DNA from: an uncultured Gemmatimonadaceae bacterium
GTDB taxonomy: Bacteria; Gemmatimonadota; Gemmatimonadetes; Gemmatimonadales; Gemmatimonadaceae
Assembly (NCBI GenBank): GCA_963829055.1
Contig: CAWHHI010000020.1
Location: forward strand, 288,001-352,000
DNA length: 64,000 nucleotides
Direction: 5' to 3'
The notes below the pieces were generated by a model, which saw only the letters and a program-made list of their open reading frames with translations, made no database searches and was not told where the DNA came from. Shown here one piece after another: positions 48,096-56,917 of the stretch; position 1 is the first letter of the stretch, and every line of letters starts with the position of its first letter. The translations under genes and the position numbers were made by a program.

Positions 48096-48126
48096 CGCTC
48101 CGGCTCCGCGTGTGGTTGGTGTGTCG

Positions 48127-48459
48127 TTAGGTGGCCTGGAGCGCATACGCGATCGCGACCGCGATGCGCTTCCACTCGCCCGTCTCGGCGTCGAGCTGTC
48201 GCCGCCCGGCGGCCGTGAGGCGGTAGTACTTGGCGCGCCGGTTGTTCTCCGAGGTGCCCCACGAGGCACTCAGCCAGCCCGCTTCTTCCATCCGGTGCAA
48301 TGATGGGAAGAGCGATCCCGGTTTGACCTGGAACGTGCCGCGCGTGATCTGCTCGACCCGTCGGGCGACGCCGAGCCCATGCAGCTCACCGAGGGCGAGC
48401 GACTTGAGGATCAGCAGGTCGAGCGTGCCCTGGAGGAGGTTGGTGCGCGTGTCGGTCAT
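48127..48459 (-). CDS. padR: PadR family regulator (acidobacterial subfamily)
   Basis: LLQGTLDLLILKSL..LHGLGV..GSLFPSL..ENNRRAKYYRLTAAG. Confidence 0.95.
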   Translation of the reverse strand: MTDTRTNLLQGTLDLLILKSLALGELHGLGVARRVEQITRGTFQVKPGSLFPSLHRMEEAGWLSASWGTSENNRRAKYYRLTAAGRRQLDAETGEWKRIAVAIAYALQAT

Positions 48460-48469
48460 CCGATGTTCC

Positions 48470-48519
48470 TATAGACATTCGATATAAAGCGATCGTGACT
48501 CCCCTATCGAATGTCTATA
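48470..48519. promoter_or_regulatory. Paired candidate PadR operators (perfect 15-bp inverted repeat)
   Basis: tatagacattcgata (48470-48484) and tatcgaatgtctata (48505-48519), immediately upstream of the padR ATG. Confidence 0.65.
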
Positions 48520-48557
48520 TGACACCGCGAGTCTGGCAAGCGTTGCGTGACCTGTGA

Positions 48558-49049
48558 TCTGGTCTCATCGCGCCGGGCCGGTGGGAACTACGATTGGGCG
48601 GATGAACTGCAAACGGCCGGACGTCATTCCGAGCGGAGGCCGCAGGCCGCAGTCGAGCGCATCGCGGTATCGCGAGGATCTCGACCGCGCCGCTCGCTCG
48701 AATACGCCGCATCGGCGGCCGGGGGAACTGCGATTTCGCGGATGAAACGGAAGAATCAGGATACTGCTCGGTAGATGTCCGGCTCCGCTCGCAACGAGCC
48801 GTGAATTCTTGGGAACGGCCGCTCGGGACGCACTGCGTGTCCCGAGCGGCCGTTCCCATTATTTCAGAGTCCGGCGAGAGCCAGCGTCGATGCAAAGCCG
48901 TATCCGGCCGTTTTCCGTGTCATCCGCGAAATCGTAGTTCCCACCGGCCCCGCGCAACGATGCCGGGAATGCAAAGCCGTATCCGGCCGTTTCGCAGTGC
49001 AGATCCGCCAGATCGCTGTTCCGACGGGCCCCGGCGCGATGAGACCAGA
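48558..49049 (+). mobile_element. Modular palindromic (MITE/REPIN-like) element, copy 2
   Basis: Perfect 20-bp terminal inverted repeat tctggtctcatcgcgccggg (48558-48577 / 49030-49049), four arms, 19-bp central stem 48810-48858, decayed REP at 48623-48705. Confidence 0.85.
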
Positions 49050-49098
49050 CTTGGCGTATCGTTCTCCACACAATCGTCTCACAGGAAATTCGACGCCC

Positions 49099-50091
49099 AT
49101 GGCGCCATCCCCAACACCGATCGTGCGCGTCGCGATCGCTCAAGACGAAGTCGCCGCCGACCTCGAGCGCGGTCTCGACCTCACCGACGCGCGCGCCGCC
49201 GACGCCGCACGCGCGGGCGCGGCGCTCGTCGTTTTCCCCGAGACGTGGCTGCCCGGCTACCCGGCGTGGCTCGACGTCTGCCGCGATGCCGGGCTCTGGG
49301 ATCACCCGCCCGTGAAGGCCGTCTTTCGTCGGATGGCCGAGCAGAGCGTCGTCGTCGACGGCGACTCGGGACAGGCCCTGGCGGCGATTGCTCGGCGTCA
49401 CCAGATCGCGATGACTATCGGCGTCGTCGAACGCGTCGAGCGCGGACCGGGCCGCGGCACGCTGTTCAACGCGCTGCTCACGTACGGACCCGACGGATCG
49501 CTGCTCAATCACCACCGCAAGCTCGTTCCCACCTACACCGAGCGACTGGTGTGGGGACCCGGCGACGCCGACGGCATTCGTGCCGTGGATGTTCCCGTGC
49601 ACAGCGGACACGCGCGCGTCGGTGGGCTCGTGTGCTGGGAACACTGGATGCCGCTCGCGCGGCAGGCGCTGCACAACGCTGGCGAAGACATCCACGTCGC
49701 CGCCTGGCCGACGGTGAAAGACATGCTGCAGATCGCGAGTCGGCACTACGCGTTCGAGGGACGATGCTTCGTGCTCGCCGCCGGATCGCTGATGCGCGCG
49801 TCCGCCCTGCCCCGCGAGCTGGAAGCGCACCCGGAGCTCGTGAAGGACGAACATCAGTTCGTGCTGCGCGGCGGGAGCGCGATCATCGGGCCTGATGGGC
49901 ACTACGTGAGCGAGCCGGTATTCGACCGCCCCGCGCTCCTGGTCGCCGACCTCGACCTCGGCCTAACGAGAGAAGAGTCGATGGCGCTCGACGTCGCCGG
50001 ACACTATAGCCGACCGGACGTGTTCGCGTTCGAGGTCAACCGCGGGCAGCGCCGGACGGAGCTGATCGCCGAGCTGACTCGGTCGCCCTGA
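49099..50091 (+). CDS. Nitrilase / carbon-nitrogen hydrolase
   Basis: VFPETWLPGYP (E), HRKLVPTYTER (K), GLVCWEHWMP (C), LDVAGHYSRPD. Confidence 0.93.
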   Translation: MAPSPTPIVRVAIAQDEVAADLERGLDLTDARAADAARAGAALVVFPETWLPGYPAWLDVCRDAGLWDHPPVKAVFRRMAEQSVVVDGDSGQALAAIARRHQIAMTIGVVERVERGPGRGTLFNALLTYGPDGSLLNHHRKLVPTYTERLVWGPGDADGIRAVDVPVHSGHARVGGLVCWEHWMPLARQALHNAGEDIHVAAWPTVKDMLQIASRHYAFEGRCFVLAAGSLMRASALPRELEAHPELVKDEHQFVLRGGSAIIGPDGHYVSEPVFDRPALLVADLDLGLTREESMALDVAGHYSRPDVFAFEVNRGQRRTELIAELTRSP

Positions 50092-50201
50092 TCCCGCGCG
50101 CGCTCGTGACGAACGCGCTCCCGACGTAGGGACGAAGCGCAAGCGGCGAACCTTCGCGCGGTGCGGCATGTCCAAGCTCATGCCCGCACCCAGAGACGAC
50201 C

Positions 50202-52639
50202 ATGGACACCCTGATCAACGACGTCCGCTTCGCCGTTCGAAGCCTCCTTCGCTCACCGAGCTTCGCGCTCACGGCCGTTCTCGCGCTCGGCCTCGGAATC
50301 GGCTCCACCGCCGGCGTGTTCAGTCTCCTCGAGGGCGTGGTGCTCCGGCCACTGCCATTCCGCGAGCCCGAAAGGCTGGTGACGATCTGGGACACGAACC
50401 GCGAGAAGTCGCTGACTCACGAGCCGATCTCGCCGGTCACGTTCCACGACTATCGCGGACTGTCCGGCGTGTTTCAGGATGCCGCGGCGTGGTGGCGTCC
50501 GCAGCTCAACCTCGCGGACGAGACCGGCGACCCGATTCGCGTCTCCGCTGTGGAAGCGTCGGACAACCTGTTCCACGTGCTCGGTGTCCAGCCCGCGATC
50601 GGTCGCGGATTCACGATCCATCCCGGACCTGTTCGGCCCCGAGCACGAGGCGATCATCAGCCACCGGCTCTGGCAGACCCGATTCAGCGGCGATGCCGCC
50701 GTCATTGGCCGCGGCGATCCGGCTGAACGGCTTCACGTATACCGTCGTCGGGATCATGCCGCCGGGCTTCGGCTTCCCGGGCGAGACGGACCTCTGGCAG
50801 CAGTTGCAGTGGAATCTCCACAACCACAGTCGCGGCGCGCACTTCATGGAGTCCGTCGCGCGCCTGCGACCCGGCGTCACTCCCGAGCGCGCCAACAGCG
50901 AGCTCGCCGCGCTCGGCACTCGACTCGGCGACGAGTTCCGCGGGACGAACGCCGGGTGGACGCCGAAGGTCATCGAGCTCGACCGCGAGACCGCGGGCGT
51001 GTTCCGTCCAGGACTGTTCGCGCTGTTCGGCGCATCGGCGCTGCTGCTGCTCATCGCCTGCATCAACGTCGCGAACCTGCTGCTCGCGCGCGCGAGCGCG
51101 CGTCGGCGCGAGGTCGCGCTGCGCGCCGCCATTGGCGCGAGCCGAGGGCGGCTCGTTAGGCTCTTTCTCACGGAGAGCGTGGTGCTCGCGGTGGCCGGCG
51201 CCGTCGTCGGAGTCGCCGTCGCGGTGCTGAGCGTGAAGACGCTGCTGGCCGCGTCTCCCGTGCGCATCCCGCGCGCCGACGCGATCGGCATCGACGCACC
51301 CGTGCTCCTCTTCGCGACGCTCATCGCTGCATTGACAGCGCTCGCGTTCGGACTCGTACCGGCGTTCATCATGTCGCGCGCCGAGCTGCAGGATGCGCTC
51401 AAGGATGGCAGCAAGGGCAGTGGCGCTCAGGGTCGCACGATGCGGAGCGCGCTCGTGATCGCGGAGGTCGCGCTCGCCGTGATCCTGCTCTCCGGCGCGG
51501 GGCTGCTCGTGCGCAGCGTGTCGCGGATGCTTCGTGTGAGCACCGGCGTCGACCCGGCGTTCGTCATCACCGCCGACATGCAGCTGCCTGACGCGGCGTA
51601 TCCGCGAGTGGCCGCGCGTCGATCAGTTCTACGCGTCGCTCGTGCGCGGGATCGCCAATCGTCCGGGGATCGTCGCGGCCGGCACCACGACGTTCCTGCC
51701 GCTCGAACCTGGGTGGCGACTCCCGTACACCGCGGTCGGCGCCGCTCCGGTCCCCACCGGTGATGAACCGACTGGCGCAGGTCCATTCCGCGGACGGGGG
51801 CTACTTCGCGGCCATTCGCGCGCCCATCGTACGCGGGCGCACGTTCGATGCGCATGACGACGCGACGGCGAACCCGGTGGTGATCGTGAACGAGACGATC
51901 GCGAAGCGACTGTGGCCCGGCGTCGATCCCGATCGGCAAGCGTGTGAGCCTGACGATCCGTCAGATCGGTCCGCTCGCGCGCCGCGTCGTTGCCGGCGAC
52001 GAGCACGAAGTCGTCGGCGTCGTGCGAGACATTCGGAACACGTCCGTGCGCGACGAGCCTGAACCGGCGATGTACTTCGCGCCGGGCCAGTTCCCTGCTC
52101 GCAAGATGTATCTCGTCGTGCGCGGACGCGGCGACGTCGCGCAGCTCACCGCCATCATCCGGAAGAGGTTCGCCGGCTCGACCCGACGCTCCCGTTAGGC
52201 GACGTCCAGCCGATGAGCCGGGTGCTCGGCGCAGTCGCCGATCCGCCGCGGTTCGTGATGATGCTGATGACGGCGTTCGCCGTTCTCGCGCTCACGCTCG
52301 CGGCCCTCGGGATTTACGGCATGCTCAGCTACGCGGTGAGCCACCGCCGGCGCGAGTTCGGAATCCGCCTCGCCCTCGGCGCTCGGCCGTCGGGCGTGGT
52401 TGGGCTCATTCTGCGCGAGGGGCTCACCCTCGTGATCGCGGGCTGTGTCATCGGCGATTGCTGGCATGCTCGCGGCCGGCCGCTCGCTCTCCGGCTTCCT
52501 GTTCGAGGTGAAGCCCTGGGACCCGACGACGGTCGCTGGCGTTCTGGCGGTGGTGCTCGTCGTCGCGACACTCGCGTGTCTCATTCCGGGACGTCGGGCA
52601 TCCGCGGAAGACCCTGCCGGAGCGTTGCGCGCGGACTGA
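50202..52639 (+). CDS. ADOP-type ABC permease lacking the N-terminal prefix (frameshifts)
   Basis: MDTLINDVRFAVRSL..ALGLGIG, LLIACINVANLLLAR, GIYGMLSYAV..REFGIRLALGA, ALRAD*. Confidence 0.9.
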
Positions 52640-53063
52640 CACTCCAGGAATAGCTGTTGTCACGGCTGACTGGCAGCGGACAGATCGATTGGGAATCCAT
52701 AATATCGTGAACGGCCTCCTGGACTGCGGGGGCCGTTTGCGTGCGTCCGCCCTCATGCCGACCGTGTTTTCGGGTCGCGCACGAACAACGCCGATAGCGG
52801 TTCCCACGTGTTTCCCGGGTCGCCATGTGGACAAGTAGGTCGCTCGGTTGGATATTCGAGTCGAGCCGCCGTCAAGAATGAAATGAGTGGGACGAGCCGT
52901 ACACAGCCATTCCCGTTGCCCCGGGCCTGCCGAACGGCCCCCGCTGTCTACCGGTTCACCTCGGAGCTATTCTTGACGCGCGCGCCTAACGCGCATTGTT
53001 CCGCAGGGTATTTCTGAGCGAGCCGCTGCTGGTTTCGCCCGCGAAAGCATTCGAGGCAAATAG

Positions 53064-53309
53064 ATGGCGCAGGAACCTGGTACGGCCGGCGGACTCGAAC
53101 CTCAAGAAGTTCCGCCGAGTCGAGGATCGGTTGTCGGATATGTCGATGGCGCGGGTGTGCCGTGGCGCGCATACGAGCGCCGGCGACCTGGCCAGCGACC
53201 GGCGCTCGTGTTCGAGTCAGCGCAAGCCATTCGACTCGTGCGCGACTTCCCGGAAAACTGGTTCACGCTGCCACGCGCCGCCCTGGAAGCGTTGAGCTGG
53301 AGCGTCTAG
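53064..53309 (+). CDS. Small hypothetical protein, paralogous to 17105-17374
   Basis: YVDGAGVPWRAYE..ALVFES..IRLVRDFPENW..LEALS; GAGG upstream. Confidence 0.72.
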   Translation: MAQEPGTAGGLEPQEVPPSRGSVVGYVDGAGVPWRAYERRRPGQRPALVFESAQAIRLVRDFPENWFTLPRAALEALSWSV

Positions 53310-53469
53310 CCGCTGCGCGGACGGTCCAGCGGTGGGTGGTACACGACGAACCATCGGTTCGTCCCACGCCTCAAACTGCTTTCGAGGAATGGATGTCCAA
53401 GGGTCGGCTGGCGCGTCTGCGCCAGCCGACCTTCGTTTTTGGACCAGCTTCCTCGAGAGGACGCGGCAC

Positions 53470-55906
53470 GTGTCAAATTCTTCGATCGTCACCGAGCTGT
53501 CGGCCGCGGTGCGCGCGCTGCGACGAGCGCCGCTGGTTTCCGGTTCCGCAATCCTGTGCGTCGCCCTCGGCATCGGGGCAACCGCCGCGATCTCGAGCGC
53601 GATCAGTCGCGCACTGCTGCAGCCGCTGCCGTTCCGAAGTCCCGAGCGACTGGTCACCGTGTACCGCACGACGCCGCACTTCGACACCGGGCCGTTCTCG
53701 CCGGCGAACTACCTCGACCTGGCGCGCGAAACGCCGTCAGCTCGAAGCGCTCGCCGCCATCACGCCGACGACGAGCCTGTTGCAGCTGACCGACGAGGCG
53801 ACACAGGTCACCGTGAACCGCGTGACGGGCAACGTGTTCCCCATGCTCGGTCTGCGTGCGCTACGCGGGCGCTTGCTCAACGCCGCTGATGATCAGGCCA
53901 ATGCGCCACTCGCTCGCCGTGATCGGCGAGGAGCTGTGGCGGGAGCGTTTCGGCGGCGATCCCGCGCTCGTCGGGAAGCCAATTCGTCTCGACGGGCAGG
54001 CGTACACCGTCGTCGGGCATCGCGCCTCGCGAGTTCGGCATTCCGCACGGCTCGCAGGTGATTCGCTCGCAGGTGTGGGTCCCCATGCAGTTCTCGCCGA
54101 ACGAGCTGGCACAGCGCGGCAGCAACTACCTGTATGCGTTAGGCAGGCTGGCTCCCGGCGCGACCCTCCAGTCGGCCCACGCGGAGCTGGTCCGGCTGTT
54201 CGACGGCATCGTCGCCGCGAACCCGGAGTTGCGAGGCGAGCAGGTGCGCGCGCTCTCGCTCGTTGGTGAAGGCGTGCGGACGGTGCGCAAACCGCTGATG
54301 CTGCTGTTCGGCGCCGTGTGCATGGTGCTGCTCATCGCCGCCACGAACGTCGCCAGCCTGCTGCTCGCGCGATCCGTGCATCGGCGGCGTGAGCTCGCCA
54401 TCCGTTCGGCGTTAGGCGGCAACCGGCACCAGCTCATGCGACCGGTGCTGAGCGAGAGTCTCGTGATGACGGCTATCGGGCTGCTCCTCGGGCTGGGGTT
54501 GGCGTGGGGCGGCGTCCGCACCATCGGCTCGCTCGCCGCCGCTCGTCTCCCTCAGCTCGCGGGGCTCTCGGTGGACTGTCCGCGTGATCGCGTTCGCCAT
54601 CGCGCTCGCGGTGCTGGTGGCGCTCGTGTGCGGCGGCCTGCCGGCGTGGCGAAGTGCGGCCGTCGATCCGCAGGACGCGCTTCGCGACGGGCGCGGCGGC
54701 GGGACGAGCCGGGCTCACCATCGCGTGCTCGGGTCGCTCGTCGTGGCCGAAGTCGCGCTGTCGCTCATGCTGCTGATCGGCGCGGGGCTCGTCCTCAAAG
54801 GGTTCTCGCAGCTGCTCTCGAAAGACCCCGGGTTCGACCCGAACCCGATCCTCACGCTGCAGGCGACCGATCTCGCCCGACCGCTATCCCGACGGCAACA
54901 CCGTAGAGCGCTTCCTCGAGCCGGCGCTGCAGAAGATTCGCGAGATCCCCGGCGTCGACGCGGCGGCATCGATCTCCCTCATCCCGTACGTCAACTGGGG
55001 CTGGAACTTCAACATCCGCTACGAGGGGCAGCCGGGCACCGACCGGACGCGTCTCCCGATGACGGAGAATCGCGTTGCGACCCCCGAGTTCTTCCAGGTC
55101 ACGAAGCAGCGCCTCATCGCCGGCCGACTCCTCGGCCCCCAGGACGACGGGCGACCGGAATCGCCGGCGGTCGTGGTCGTGAATCAGGCGCTCGTGAAGC
55201 GCGATTTCCCCGGTGGCGATCCGATCGGCAAGCGCTTCTACACGGGCGACACCACGTTCGCGACGATTGTGGGCGTCGTCAGCGATATCAGGAATTTCGG
55301 ACCGATCGAGGACCCGCACGGCGAGGTGTATCGGCCGTTCCGCCAAGCGGGCCAGGGATCTTCGAGCTTCGCCATCATGGTTCGAACGCGCCGCGGCAAC
55401 CCCGCGGACCTCACCGCGGCGGTTCGCGCCGCCGTGCGATCCGTCGATCAGCAGGTCGCGATCACCGATGTGAAGACGATGCCTGAGGTCATGGCCCTCA
55501 GCACGGGAAGCGCGCGCTTCTACCTGATCCTGCTGGCGAGCCTTCGCGTGCGTGGCGCTCGTCCTGGCGGTGTCGGGCATCTATGGAGTGCTGAGCTACG
55601 CCGTGGCCCAGCGGACGCGCGAGTTCGGAATCCGCAGCGCCCTCGGCAGCACACCGGCGACAACGCTCGCGCTCGTCACGCGGGAAGGGCTACGCCTCAT
55701 CGGCATTGGAGTGGCGCTCGGCCTCGCCGGCAGCATGGCCGCGACTCGACTGCTCAGCGCCATGCTCTACGGCGTCAGCCCACTCGACCGAGCCACATGG
55801 GCCGCGACTACGGCCGCGCTCATGGTCGTCGGGCTGATTGGCCACGCTCCTACCCGCATTTCGGGCAACGCGCGCGGACCCGTTGCTCGCGATCAGGGCG
55901 GACTGA
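53470..55906 (+). CDS. ADOP-type ABC permease lacking the N-terminal prefix (frameshifts)
   Basis: AVRALRRAP..VALGIGATAAI, LLIAATNVASLLLAR, GIYGVLSYAVAQRTREFGIRSALG. Confidence 0.9.
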
Positions 55907-56040
55907 TTCTGCGGATCGAGTCGATGACCTCTGGCGCCCATGGAAGAGTCTGTTAACATAGCGACTGTTGCCTATATCACAGATCGGGACGCTGTTTGCA
56001 TTGCATTTTTGGCGGCCAGCCACGATCCCAAGGTCTTCCA

Positions 56041-56289
56041 ATGAACGATCTGAAAACTGAATACGACTCAACTGAACGCCTTGCACACGAACGCATAGCA
56101 CGCGAGATCGGCGTGGATGAATCAGTCGTCTCGAGCATCGCTGCGCGTCTCCGTCTCGTGCGAGGTGACCTGTCCGACTCGGGGTTCTTCTCCCTGGTCC
56201 GCGACGTGGTGAAAACGAAGATCAGCTTCGCCGAGCGGGATGCGAAGGAAGACCTGTCCGTGGTGAGAATCCGGCCACGAGCAGACTGA
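56041..56289 (+). CDS. Small hypothetical protein
   Basis: Clean 82-aa ORF from ATG 56041; IAARLRLVRGDLSDSGFFSLVRDVVKTK resembles the 40488 ORF. Confidence 0.6.
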   Translation: MNDLKTEYDSTERLAHERIAREIGVDESVVSSIAARLRLVRGDLSDSGFFSLVRDVVKTKISFAERDAKEDLSVVRIRPRAD

Positions 56290-56295
56290 GTACTT

Positions 56296-56382
56296 TTGCT
56301 ACGATTGGGGTCAGACTCGAGTCTGACCCCAATTACGTAGCAACAGAACGATGAGAATCGAGTCAGGCTCGAGCCTGACTCG
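56296..56382. repeat. Two perfect CTCGAG-centred palindromes (REP-like)
   Basis: attggggtcagactcgagtctgaccccaat (56304-56333, 30 bp) and cgagtcaggctcgagcctgactcg (56359-56382, 24 bp). Confidence 0.85.
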
Positions 56383-56459
56383 TCGAGTCAAGTGCGTCTG
56401 CTCCCAGGATCAAGCGGACCGGTCCTTGCTCAACAGTAGAGCAACCTCACCGTGATCCC

Positions 56460-56792
56460 ATGGACCAATCCACTCCCCGCGCATTCTCAGCTCGGTATAC
56501 GGAACCCAGCGGGCGGCGGTGGCTGGCGGAGGAAGTAGCCCGACTCGAGACCGTCACTCCGGCCGTCGACGGGCCAACGCCTCGTCTGGTCCTGCGATTC
56601 ACGAGCGAGGACTCCCTCCACGAGCAGCGGTTCACGCGCTGTGGTCCGCTCCGGTGGACGAGCCCGGAGATCATCGAGGCGTTGTTCCTCAGCGCACGTC
56701 CGGTCCGTGCCGTGCCCGAGCCGCCTCCACCCGGCGGTCCTCGGCGCCGCGCCACGCGGCGAGACTCGAAGCGAAACGGGCCCCCGGAGTAA
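56460..56792 (+). CDS. Small hypothetical protein, possibly a remote member of the 17105/53064 family
   Basis: YTEPSGRRWLAEE..LVLRFTS..RW..IIEALF. Confidence 0.5.
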   Translation: MDQSTPRAFSARYTEPSGRRWLAEEVARLETVTPAVDGPTPRLVLRFTSEDSLHEQRFTRCGPLRWTSPEIIEALFLSARPVRAVPEPPPPGGPRRRATRRDSKRNGPPE

Positions 56793-56917
56793 GGGGCCCA
56801 GGGTTTTGGCCTCATGCGTCCACGGGTTGCCGAGCGATGCAACGAGGCCCCAGGAAGGAGGCCTTAGGAAGGAGGCGGCCTTCGGAGGGCGGACGGCGGA
56901 AGGCGCGCGACATTGAA

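Noticed and set aside
48558..49049. CRISPR array in the repeated GGTGGGAACTACGAT units
   Set aside because: Units are inverted and degenerate, the intervening sequences are shared among copies rather than unique spacers, and no cas genes are present.
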